DNA of 32,000 bases from Candidatus Scalindua sp. (GTDB lineage: Bacteria; Planctomycetota; Brocadiia; Brocadiales; Scalinduaceae). The translations under genes were made by a program, and so were the position numbers. Below, piece by piece: positions 7,745 to 16,495 of this stretch. Positions within the stretch are counted from its first letter, which is position 1. Each line of letters begins with the position of its first letter. The stretch is from positions 2,700,001 through 2,732,000 of the forward strand of contig JALDRA010000001.1 of NCBI GenBank assembly GCA_031316235.1. Reading direction: 5' to 3'. The notes beneath the pieces are model-generated. The model did not search any database. It was not told where the DNA came from and saw only the letters and a program-made list of their open reading frames with translations.

Positions 7745-9388
7745 ATGAAGCATTCAATCATTACCGTAGTAATAGTTGTCGGCGGTTTTTTACTCTTCGG
7801 TTACGCAGGATCAGCCTTTTCTCAGGAAAATCCTGATCCGGAACGCCTGGTATATCCCACAAAAAAACAACAGGACGAGTTTGAAAAGTGGGTTGGGCTG
7901 GAAAAAGGAAGCGGTCCATGGTCTGATTACTATAAGCCGGTTCCTCTGCACATGTACTGGGCGCCGAAAAGGCACTATATAAGGCCTGATCTGAGTGCAT
8001 TTGAGGGGTTAATCGATAAATACGACAAAACAGACTGCCTTGGCTGCCATGAAGAGGTTACTCCGGGTATCGTTTTGAGCTGGAGGCAGTCAACGCACGC
8101 AAATCCCAGAAAAAACCCTGAATTTGCGGAAAAGCTCAGAGCGATAGAGGAGCGGATAGGTGAGTCGATTGATCGGGTTACCTGTGATTACTGTCACGGC
8201 CCGAGTCACGACAAATTGTTCCTCCCCAATGCAGACGATGTATGTAAGAGGTGTCATCCTCAGCAGGTTGAGGAGTTTGCCTCAGAATATAAAGATGGGC
8301 GCCCGAGCCATCAGGCTTCGTGGATTTCGAATGTGGTGGTTCCCTGGTATGTCGAAGGTTTCAGGAGAGGAGAGGGGTATTCCTTTATCGGGTGCGACCA
8401 GTGTCATCCAGCCATGGATAGATGTGATCCCTGTCATACCCGGCACTCCTTTAAGGCAGAAGAGGCAAGAAGGCCTGAGGCCTGCATGTCCTGCCACATG
8501 GGAGCCGATCACCCTGATGCTGAGACGTATAAAGAGTCGAAGATGGGAGTTATCTATGCTTTGGAAGGCGATACATGGGCGTTTGATAAAGGCCTGAATG
8601 AGATAAAGCTTGGCGGACCTGAATTGCGGAGCCCTACGTGCCAGGTTTGTCATATGTATAATAACTCAACAGGGAAATGGGGGCATAATGTTACTTCCAA
8701 AGGTCGCTGGCGTATGGGCACCTACCCACCAAAAGAGGTGGAATACAAATCGAGCATGAAAGATTACCCCTATGGCATAACGATACCGCCTTTAGATAAA
8801 AAGATAGAAATTTACAGTCCTGAGAACAAGAAGAAGCTTGAGCGGTGGGTTGAATTGTGCAGTAATTGCCATAGCGGCCGGTTTGCCAGGTTGTGGTTTG
8901 AATCACTGGATGAATACATGTTTGCCGCTTACAGGAAACGTGATGAGGCGCAGCTGATCGTCGAGGACTGTATTGAAAAGGGGTATATCGATACTGATAA
9001 TCGGGGTATCTATCCGATGGGAGATGTTCTTGCCGATAAACTTGGTGTAAAGCTTCTTGGCGAAAAAGTGTATAAAGCGTTCAAGCAGAAGAAGGGCCAT
9101 GTTCCCGTTGTCGGTCCTATTCTTGGTGTTTATGCAAATTTCATGTACAATGACGGCAATCCAAGTGCTATCGAAGTGGATTACGGCAACATGTGGTTCT
9201 GGTATGCCCTGAAAGGGTATAAAGGGGTTGCACATGGGCAGCAGGATTACGCCTGGTGGTGGGGTTGGGCACCCATGGTCAACCAGATGTCGAGGATCAA
9301 ATCGCAGCATGACATTCTTGAAAGGGTATATAACATTGAGAAGAAACTGGGCATCGGTCTCGGTGGCAGCAGAACTGATGAAAATTAG
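7745..9388 (+). CDS. hao: Octaheme hydroxylamine oxidoreductase (HAO)-like protein with a signal peptide
   Basis: Eight CxxCH motifs: CLGCH, CDYCH, CKRCH, CDQCH, CDPCH, CMSCH, CQVCH and CSNCH. HAO-family contexts CDPCHTRHSF and CMSCHMGADHPD. N-terminal signal sequence ends ...GYAGSAFSQE. Confidence 0.9.
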   Translation: MKHSIITVVIVVGGFLLFGYAGSAFSQENPDPERLVYPTKKQQDEFEKWVGLEKGSGPWSDYYKPVPLHMYWAPKRHYIRPDLSAFEGLIDKYDKTDCLGCHEEVTPGIVLSWRQSTHANPRKNPEFAEKLRAIEERIGESIDRVTCDYCHGPSHDKLFLPNADDVCKRCHPQQVEEFASEYKDGRPSHQASWISNVVVPWYVEGFRRGEGYSFIGCDQCHPAMDRCDPCHTRHSFKAEEARRPEACMSCHMGADHPDAETYKESKMGVIYALEGDTWAFDKGLNEIKLGGPELRSPTCQVCHMYNNSTGKWGHNVTSKGRWRMGTYPPKEVEYKSSMKDYPYGITIPPLDKKIEIYSPENKKKLERWVELCSNCHSGRFARLWFESLDEYMFAAYRKRDEAQLIVEDCIEKGYIDTDNRGIYPMGDVLADKLGVKLLGEKVYKAFKQKKGHVPVVGPILGVYANFMYNDGNPSAIEVDYGNMWFWYALKGYKGVAHGQQDYAWWWGWAPMVNQMSRIKSQHDILERVYNIEKKLGIGLGGSRTDEN

Positions 9389-9712
9389 GCATGTCCTGAG
9401 TTCACGGACTGCCGATAAGTAGTTTTACCGCTTAGCACCGAGGCGTTGTTTTTTTTCTTGTTAAATACGGTGAAATCTGGTAAGGTAGCTTGTTTTTCAT
9501 TGCTCTTGCACACTTGAGGCCCTGTCTGCCGCGGTTCCTGATAAGCAGCAGGTTAGAGCTTGAGTCTGTATAACCTATCACTCACTAAGTATCAATCAGT
9601 TTTATAGCCGGTTTATGCATCGGGTGACCTGTGCATGATACCAGAGGAGCATGTGTATGCATGCTGTCTTATTGGTCTTTATTTTTTTGAACGTTTAGGG
9701 GAGGTAATATTG

Positions 9713-11470
9713 ATGGTAAAAATGAGAGGAATCTTTTTAGCATTTGCGCTGATGACTGCATTTTCAACGGCCTGTACGTTGATCGGCACGCAGAATGCGA
9801 AAGCGATGGACCACGGGCATACGAGGGCGCCTGTAGCTTCTGCGCCTGTGGGTTCGGCGTATGGCGACCTGCTTGCAAGAATCGAAGCGCTGGAATCTAA
9901 GCCGACCGGGAATGTGACGGCTCCAAATGTCCGAGGAGTAAAGCTCGGTATGAATATCAGACACCGATTTGAAATTCGGGACATGATGATCAGGGATGCG
10001 CAAGAAACGAGTAACACCGGTGCCACAGTAGGAGAACTGGGTTCTGTCTCGCGGCTTGCCAATGGAACCCTGCAGCGAAGTTTCGGCAGGGGTACTCCGC
10101 AGGGGTCCCAGCATACGAACGTTGGTCGTGATGAGACCACGGAATTCGTCCTGCAGTGGGCGAGGATAAGCCTTGATGCCGATATCAGCAAAAATGTGCG
10201 GGCATTTATTGAGCTTCAGGACGTTCGCACCTTCGGTGAAGAAGGGTCGACTGTCGGGAATCTGTCCAGAACAGACGTGCAGGAGGGGTATATCGAGTTG
10301 AGAAACCTCGGTGATGTTAGCGGTATCCTCGAAAACATTGAATTGAGGGTCGGGCGATGGAGGGCTGAATATGGAGACCACAGGTTGATAGGTTCGCTCC
10401 CCTGGGCCAACCAGACAAGAGCCTACGATGGTGGACGTCTGAGATGGGATGACAAGAAGGGCAACTGGGTTGATCTCTTTGCCTGGCAGATAGATGAGAA
10501 AGAGTCCGGAGCAGCTAACGGAGGATTTTTAGGTGTCAGTGACAATGAGGACGACAGAGAAGAGATCTTCTATGGTGCGTATGGTCACTTTAAGGTCTAT
10601 GATGGTATCGTGTTCGAGCCGTATGGTCTTGTAAGGTCACGGACATCAGAAGACCACCAGCCAGCTGATACGACACTTGAAGTCAACGTTCAGGGGAATA
10701 GAGTACGTACACCTATTGATGTGAGTACGGGTGAAGTGCGGTATACGGGTGGTTTCAGGTTGGATGGAAGAAAGATCCCAGGTCTGGGCGGGACCGATTT
10801 TACCATCGAGCCGGCATGGCAGTTTGGTCATACAGAAGGTATCAGAACTTTCGATGTTGGTAACGTGGCCAGAGGTTATAATACCAACGTCAATAATGAT
10901 ATTCAGGCATTTGCAATCTATGCGGGTGTCGGTTATACCTTTGAAAACTGCCCATGGCAGCCGAGGATTGGTTATGCGTATTCATTCGCCAGTGGTGATA
11001 AGAGACCAGGAGAGGGTGCTGTGAAGACTTTTGACCACCTCTATCCGACAGGTCACGCACACAACGGTTACATGGATATGGTCGGATGGCAGAACCTTAG
11101 AGACCATCAGGTCCACCTGAGTGCAAAACCAACCAAGAAACTTGTCCTTGACGCAAAGCTTCACCTGATGTCACTGGATGAACAAGCAGACAACATGTAT
11201 GGTGTTGCCGGCGGTACTGGCTACGGTGGCGGTATGGATGTAGTGAGACAAGGTTCAAATTCGTGGGTGGACGGAGCTGGAAATGCCAGACGTGTAGATG
11301 ACAGCCTTGGTCAGGAGGTGGATTTGACCGTCAAATACCAGATGTTTAGCAATTTTACGGTTGTCGGTGGATACTCACACTTCTGGGCTGGCGATTTCAT
11401 TGAGGACACAGGCAATGGAGTTAACAGAGCTGTTGACTGGGCATACTTGATGACGACGGTAGCGTTCTAA
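9713..11470 (+). CDS. Outer-membrane beta-barrel protein / porin (alginate-export-like family)
   Basis: Signal peptide MVKMRGIFLAFALMTAFSTACTLIGTQNAKA. The body shows alternating beta-strand patterning rich in G, Y, D and N, and ends in a C-terminal aromatic residue (...TTVAF). I chose ATG at 9713, preceded by ggggagg, over the track's 9635. Confidence 0.7.
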   Translation: MVKMRGIFLAFALMTAFSTACTLIGTQNAKAMDHGHTRAPVASAPVGSAYGDLLARIEALESKPTGNVTAPNVRGVKLGMNIRHRFEIRDMMIRDAQETSNTGATVGELGSVSRLANGTLQRSFGRGTPQGSQHTNVGRDETTEFVLQWARISLDADISKNVRAFIELQDVRTFGEEGSTVGNLSRTDVQEGYIELRNLGDVSGILENIELRVGRWRAEYGDHRLIGSLPWANQTRAYDGGRLRWDDKKGNWVDLFAWQIDEKESGAANGGFLGVSDNEDDREEIFYGAYGHFKVYDGIVFEPYGLVRSRTSEDHQPADTTLEVNVQGNRVRTPIDVSTGEVRYTGGFRLDGRKIPGLGGTDFTIEPAWQFGHTEGIRTFDVGNVARGYNTNVNNDIQAFAIYAGVGYTFENCPWQPRIGYAYSFASGDKRPGEGAVKTFDHLYPTGHAHNGYMDMVGWQNLRDHQVHLSAKPTKKLVLDAKLHLMSLDEQADNMYGVAGGTGYGGGMDVVRQGSNSWVDGAGNARRVDDSLGQEVDLTVKYQMFSNFTVVGGYSHFWAGDFIEDTGNGVNRAVDWAYLMTTVAF

Positions 11471-11499
11471 GCGCTGTTTGAATATTTTTTTACAGTTTG

Positions 11500-11545
11500 A
11501 AAAAGGGGGTAAGAGGCCTTTTGGTCCTTGCCCCCTTTTTCTTTT
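11500..11545. terminator. Bidirectional rho-independent terminator between the convergent porin and MFS genes
   Basis: aaaaagggggtaagaggcc-tttt-ggtccttgcccccttttt forms a roughly 18-bp GC-cored stem. An A-run precedes it and a T-run follows, so it could act on either strand. Confidence 0.6.
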
Positions 11546-11786
11546 ACTGAAAACGGTTAAATCAATCACTTACCGGACGGATGACTGAAGGGGCAATAAT
11601 CAGGTCGAAAAAGGTTGAATACCTGACGAAGGAGGGTGCTGATTATTGGAAAGAACCGCTCCATCCATGAAGAGTGCAGCGAAAAATAAAAAGCCTTGAT
11701 TCTGACTTCTGAAAACAAAAGGGAGACAACCCTGAACGTTTAATTGGAAATCAGCGAACACCTGCCACATAGTTGACCATGATTTC

Positions 11787-13484
11787 TCATTCACCCATGT
11801 GGTGACGCTCATGAACGGGTTTGACAAATATGTTGCAGAAAAGTGCTATTGCCAATAGACCGGCCATGGCGTACATGGTAGTGTTGTAGAGTGTTGGAGA
11901 CGGATCTGTAATATCGCCTGGGACAATTACCATGAGGTTCGGAATAGTAACAGTCTTCTGTTCGACGAGCTGTGACAGCTGGCTGATATCTGCACCATAC
12001 GAGCGCTGAAAAACGGCAGGGTCAACCACTGCAGCAAGCTCCTCAATCGCATGCACCCGGGAAGATTCTCGAAGCTGGGTAATTGCTAACGGACCTAACA
12101 CACCGGCAGTGCTCCAGGCGGTGAGAAGCCGACCGTGAATTCCCCCGACAAAGCGGGTCCCAAATATGTCGGCAAGGTAAGCGGGAATTGTGGCAAATCC
12201 GCCTCCGTACATGGTGAAGATGAGCATCGTAGCACCGTAAAAGAGAACAAGCCAGATAATTGCCGGCGAGGCCTGAACGTTTATTGCCGTATAGGGTATT
12301 GATAAATAGAGAATGATACCAAGGATGAAAAATATGTAATAGGTGACTTTGCGGCCGATATAGTCAGATGCACTGGCCCAGAAAAAACGGCCAACCATAT
12401 TGAAGACACTGATCATGAGAACATAGGTACCGGCAAAAGCGGCATCAACGATGTGAGGCAGGGTACTGCCAAAAATTTCTGTCATCATTGTTTTTGCCAC
12501 GCCGATAACTCCGATACCGGCGGTAACATTAAAACAGAGTACTACCCAGATCAGGTAAAACTGTGGCGTTTTTAGCGCCTGATCAATATGAACATGGTTC
12601 TGTGTAATCATTCTGCTTCCTGCCTTGTCGGCAGTCGGCGGGTTCCAGCCCTTCGGTAACCAGCCTTCCTGAGGTATCCGGTAAGAGAAGGCTGCAATTG
12701 TCATAACAATAAAATAGATTATTCCCAATGCAAAAAATGTTTCTGCAACCCCGGTTGAACCGGTATTAACTGCATACACACCTGGTTTTCCCGGTACAAT
12801 CATCCGCGAGACATCATTCGTTCCTACGACAACTACTTCCGTGAGCTGTCCTGCAATTTCGGTAAAACGTTTCCCGCCTTCGGTAACAAGGGTAACAGCA
12901 TCAATCGTTCCTAAATAGTGAGGTGCCTGGTAGAAGAACTCTAACAGCTTGTCTATGCTCAGCTTGGCAATAATTGCGCCACCGCCAAAACCCATGATAG
13001 CCATACCCGCAGCCATTCCTCTTCTGTCAGGAAACCATCGGATAAGGGTGGATACTGGAGAGACATACCCAAGGCCAAGACCGCAACCTCCAATAACACC
13101 GTAGCCGAAGTAGATTAACCACAACTGATGGACGATTATGCCGGCTCCCCCGATAAGGAATCCACCTCCCCAGCAACAGGCCGCTACAAAACCCACCATC
13201 CTGGGCCCAACATTCTCAAGCCATTTTCCTGCAAATGCAGCAGATAAACCCAGACAGACGATAGCTACGGAAAAAATCCAGACTACCTGGCTGAGAGACC
13301 AGTCGTCTGCTGATCCAGCAGCAACGCCAAGTGTCTTGATTAAGGCGGGGTTAAACATACTCCATGCATAAACTGAACCAATGCAGAGGTGTATTGAAAT
13401 GGATGCAGGCGGTACAAGCCAGCGGTTAAAACCCGGTTTCGCTACGATATGTTCCTTGGATAATCTCGAAAACAAACCTGCCAA
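11787..13484 (-). CDS. MFS transporter, oxalate/formate antiporter (OFA)-like family, with a long central loop
   Basis: 565 aa. N-terminus NRWLVPPASISIHLCIGSVYAWSMF is typical of the OFA family. About 12 hydrophobic segments are split by a soluble insert (...YQAPHYLGTIDAVTLVTEGGKRFTEIAGQLTEVVVVGTNDV...). Confidence 0.8.
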   Translation of the reverse strand: MAGLFSRLSKEHIVAKPGFNRWLVPPASISIHLCIGSVYAWSMFNPALIKTLGVAAGSADDWSLSQVVWIFSVAIVCLGLSAAFAGKWLENVGPRMVGFVAACCWGGGFLIGGAGIIVHQLWLIYFGYGVIGGCGLGLGYVSPVSTLIRWFPDRRGMAAGMAIMGFGGGAIIAKLSIDKLLEFFYQAPHYLGTIDAVTLVTEGGKRFTEIAGQLTEVVVVGTNDVSRMIVPGKPGVYAVNTGSTGVAETFFALGIIYFIVMTIAAFSYRIPQEGWLPKGWNPPTADKAGSRMITQNHVHIDQALKTPQFYLIWVVLCFNVTAGIGVIGVAKTMMTEIFGSTLPHIVDAAFAGTYVLMISVFNMVGRFFWASASDYIGRKVTYYIFFILGIILYLSIPYTAINVQASPAIIWLVLFYGATMLIFTMYGGGFATIPAYLADIFGTRFVGGIHGRLLTAWSTAGVLGPLAITQLRESSRVHAIEELAAVVDPAVFQRSYGADISQLSQLVEQKTVTIPNLMVIVPGDITDPSPTLYNTTMYAMAGLLAIALFCNIFVKPVHERHHMGE

Positions 13485-13519
13485 TACACAGTCTCCTATC
13501 GATAAAAATCTTATGGGAT

Positions 13520-13927
13520 ATAAGGGAAGCAGGCAATAAGCCGGGTTCTGTTTTAGACGATCATTTATCTTGCCTTAATGTTGCCATTAAGATCAATCGG
13601 CTTACCCGGAGGCCATGAAACGGGCCGCTTGTACCTCACAATTTAGCCTTTCTCCCAGTGGGGTTTGCCATACCTTCCCGATCACCCGGGAAGTGGTGGG
13701 CTCTTACATTAAGCCGTATAGGTACGGCCCCACCTTTTCACCCTTACCATGTGAGGGATGCATCTCTTTATCTCATATGGCGGTATATTTTCTGTGGCAC
13801 TTTCCTTGAGATCACTCCCACTCCGTGTTACGGAGCACTGTGCCCTGTGGAGCCCGGACTTTCCTCTCCAGCGAAAATCGAAAAAATAAAAACGATTGCG
13901 CTGAAACGATCATCTTGCCTGCTTCCT
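13520..13927 (-). ncRNA. rnpB: RNase P RNA, bacterial type A
   Basis: The minus strand carries the universal blocks GGAGAGGAAAGUCCGGGCUCC (about 13850-13870), GGUAAGGGUGAAAAGGUGGGG...GUAAGAGCCCACC (about 13695-13750) and ACAGAACCCGGCUUAU (13538-13553). P1 pairs GGAAGCAGGCAA (13926-13915) with UUGCCUGCUUCC (13536-13525). P2 pairs GAUGAUC with GAUCGUC. The ends are approximate to about 5 nt. Confidence 0.92.
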
Positions 13928-14639
13928 ATTGATTGCGGTCATTTAAAAAAAGTATTCGCTGACAATTCGGACAGAGTGTGAGATTTTTTCCACTCATGAG
14001 TAAGTTAAGAGTCTGTAAACGAATATTCATGGAACATCCGCTGCATGCATTGCCGACTACTTCTACAATCGGACTCTCCTCTTTTGCATTTGTCAGCCGG
14101 TTAAATTGACGAAGGGTATCATGGTCCAGTAAGTCAGTATATTTTGAAGCGTCTCTTTTTAAGAGCGCTATCTCCTCGTCTGCTTTCTGTATTTCACTAT
14201 TTGCACTCCGTACAAAAGCATCTATATTGCTCTCGTCATTACTGAGTTTCTCCATTGTTTTAAGATATTCTTCATTTGCTGACTCTAATTGAGTCATTAA
14301 ATTCAATATCTCATCTTCCAATAACGACTTATCAGCCTCTTTAGAACTGATTTCTGAACGTAATGCGCTGTATTCCTTGTTGTTCTTAATCGAATTAAGT
14401 TGAACAGTAAATTTCTTTATCCGCTCTTCGGCGCTTTTTAAATCGAGATCTCTCCTGTCGATCTCTTTCTGGAAAGAGATCACCTCCTCGTGTTTTTTTC
14501 CGGAAAGAGTTTTTTTTTGTTGAAGTGCTGCTTTTTTCTTTTCAATTTCTTCACTCTGCAGCTCTTTAAAGTGTGTTCTTTCGGTAATTTTATTTTGTAT
14601 GGCCTGTAATCTTTTTAATACGTCTATCCTTTCATTCAT
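13926..14639 (-). CDS. COG1579/DUF164-type coiled-coil protein with a C-terminal C4 zinc ribbon
   Basis: Long heptad-rich helical region followed by CSGCSMNI...CPNCQRILFL. Length is 237 aa. Confidence 0.75.
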   Translation of the reverse strand: MNERIDVLKRLQAIQNKITERTHFKELQSEEIEKKKAALQQKKTLSGKKHEEVISFQKEIDRRDLDLKSAEERIKKFTVQLNSIKNNKEYSALRSEISSKEADKSLLEDEILNLMTQLESANEEYLKTMEKLSNDESNIDAFVRSANSEIQKADEEIALLKRDASKYTDLLDHDTLRQFNRLTNAKEESPIVEVVGNACSGCSMNIRLQTLNLLMSGKNLTLCPNCQRILFLNDRNQ

Positions 14640-14737
14640 CTAATATCCTAAACGTTAATTTTTCAATGTTTTGCTATAATACAGTTAATGGTCTCCTTCA
14701 TTGCCAGTATCTGTTTCCATCTTCATCCCGGATTCGC

Positions 14738-16399
14738 CTATTTGTTTTCTTCGATACTGTCGAGAAACCCTTCTAACTTTCGGCTTCTGACAGGATGTTG
14801 GAGCTTTCTCACGGCCTTTGCTTCTATCTGTCTTACCCGCTCTCTTGTTACCATAAACTTCTTTCCAACCTCTTCCAGTGTATAGGTATAACCATCTCCA
14901 ATCCCGTAACGAAGTTTTATTATTTCCCTTTCCCGATAGGTAAGCGTGTCAAGAACACTTTCAATTTTTTCCTTAAGCATCTCCTGTGCTGCAGCTGAAA
15001 CGGGAGATTCGGCTCTGTCGTCTTCGATGAAATCACCAAAGGAGCTGTCTTCGCTTTCCCCAACTGACCGGTCAAGTGAAATTTGGTGTCTTGAAATTTT
15101 CAATACCCGTCTCGCTTCGGACAAAGATATTTTCGTTTCCTTTGCAATCTCTTCAATGCTGGGTTCTCTCCCTTTTTCCTGTAATGTTTTTTTTGTGACA
15201 TTTCTTATTTTGCTCATTGTCTCTATCATGTGAACAGGAATCCTGATTGTCCTGGCCTGATCAGCTATCGAACGGGTAATGGCCTGTCGTATCCACCAGG
15301 TAGCGTAGGTGCTGAATTTATACCCTCTTCTGTATTCATACTTGTCTACTGCCCTCATTAAACCGGTATTTCCCTCCTGTATGAGGTCAAGGAATGTTAA
15401 TCCCCGATTTCTGTATTTCTTGGCAATACTCACCACTAATCTTAGATTTGCACTGGAAAGCTGTCTCTTTGCAATTTCGTGTTCCCGGTAAATTTTTTCT
15501 ATTGATTCCATGCGTAATCTTAATTTATCTGATGGCTCAAGTACCAGGTCTTCATTTGTGCGTAGCTGCAATTTGAGCTCTCGTAGCTTGTTATTGGACC
15601 CCTTGTCTCGTTTTTTGCGGAGATTAATCTGCTTTTCGGTATGGAGCATTTCTCTCGAAATTTTTTGGAGGTCCTTCATAATAGGTTGTATTTTCTTTGT
15701 GCGAATGTTTAATTCTTCCAGAATCAGTTCACCCTTTCTCTGGCGGGCTCTGATATTCTTGAAAATTCTCAGTCTCTCTTTTACCGAAGTCCCTTTCTGC
15801 TTTGAGCGGTAATAATCGGTCCTGTTCCTTTTTAAGATTGATCTCAGCGTTTTTGCACTTTCAGGAAATTGCTTAAGTAGTCGGTCCTTGTTATTTTCCA
15901 GCTCGCTGTTTATGGCTAAAGTCCGGTCAAATGGCAGTTCTCCACTTGAAATATCCTCTAAGATTTTCAAACAAATCTCTTGAGAAAAATCTGATTTCAG
16001 GATTTTTCTGACAAAACCTTTCCTGGTCATTTCAATCTTCTTTGCCAGCGTGATCTCTTCTTCACGGGATAAAAGAGGTATTTCTCCCATCTGAGTTAAA
16101 TACATTCGTACGGGATCGTCGATCTTTTCGATTATTACTTCTCCCGGTTCAAATGAGTCATCAGAATCATCTGAATCGTCTGATCTCTCTTCATCATCTG
16201 CCGATTCCCGTTCATCGGCATCTGCATGATCGATCAAGTCGATGCTTAACTCTTCCAGCAGCATTAATATTTCATCAATCTTTTCAGATAACATCAAGGT
16301 GTCATCCGGCAGGATATCATTTAACTCTTCATAAGTTAAAAATCCTTTATGCTTGCCTTTTTGCACGAGGGATTTAATTTTTAGAGCTAGCTTCTCCAT
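14738..16399 (-). CDS. rpoD: Primary RNA polymerase sigma factor (sigma-70, RpoD)
   Basis: Acidic region 1 ([15 protein letters not shown]), region 2 ([30 protein letters not shown]) and region 4.2 ([27 protein letters not shown]). Confidence 0.95.
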   Translation of the reverse strand: MEKLALKIKSLVQKGKHKGFLTYEELNDILPDDTLMLSEKIDEILMLLEELSIDLIDHADADERESADDEERSDDSDDSDDSFEPGEVIIEKIDDPVRMYLTQMGEIPLLSREEEITLAKKIEMTRKGFVRKILKSDFSQEICLKILEDISSGELPFDRTLAINSELENNKDRLLKQFPESAKTLRSILKRNRTDYYRSKQKGTSVKERLRIFKNIRARQRKGELILEELNIRTKKIQPIMKDLQKISREMLHTEKQINLRKKRDKGSNNKLRELKLQLRTNEDLVLEPSDKLRLRMESIEKIYREHEIAKRQLSSANLRLVVSIAKKYRNRGLTFLDLIQEGNTGLMRAVDKYEYRRGYKFSTYATWWIRQAITRSIADQARTIRIPVHMIETMSKIRNVTKKTLQEKGREPSIEEIAKETKISLSEARRVLKISRHQISLDRSVGESEDSSFGDFIEDDRAESPVSAAAQEMLKEKIESVLDTLTYREREIIKLRYGIGDGYTYTLEEVGKKFMVTRERVRQIEAKAVRKLQHPVRSRKLEGFLDSIEENK

Positions 16400-16495
16400 T
16401 AAGTGGTCTCTCCATTCAGTAACAGTGGTTTGTTTCAGATATTAAATTCAAAACCTTCGTGATTGTCACAAAGGCGGGTTAATGGTTATATAATT

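Noticed and set aside
9389-9460. The T8 run after the HAO-like gene (ggcgttgtttttttt) as a terminator
   Set aside because: The preceding sequence offers only 3-4-bp stems, so there is not enough support without a folding calculation.
9635-9712. The 26-codon N-terminal extension of the porin ORF in the track (MIPEEHVYACCLIGLYFFERLGEVIL)
   Set aside because: The internal ATG at 9713 has a ggggagg Shine-Dalgarno-like box and yields a canonical signal peptide. The extension would bury that signal peptide.
8160-10381. Long antisense or out-of-frame ORFs inside the HAO and porin genes (for example 8160-8597, 8282-8653, 8903-9310, 9679-10191, 9764-10381)
   Set aside because: They are fully embedded in CDSs that have strong family motifs. 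Their peptides are Arg/Pro/Ser-rich, as expected for shadow frames. The same applies to embedded ORFs in the recJ, rpoD, dnaG, pta and RND genes.
13615-13981. Track ORFs 13615-13809 (+, 64 aa) and 13658-13981 (+, 107 aa)
   Set aside because: They lie antisense to and entirely over the clearly identifiable RNase P RNA, and their peptides are not protein-like. They are artefacts of a GC-balanced structured RNA.
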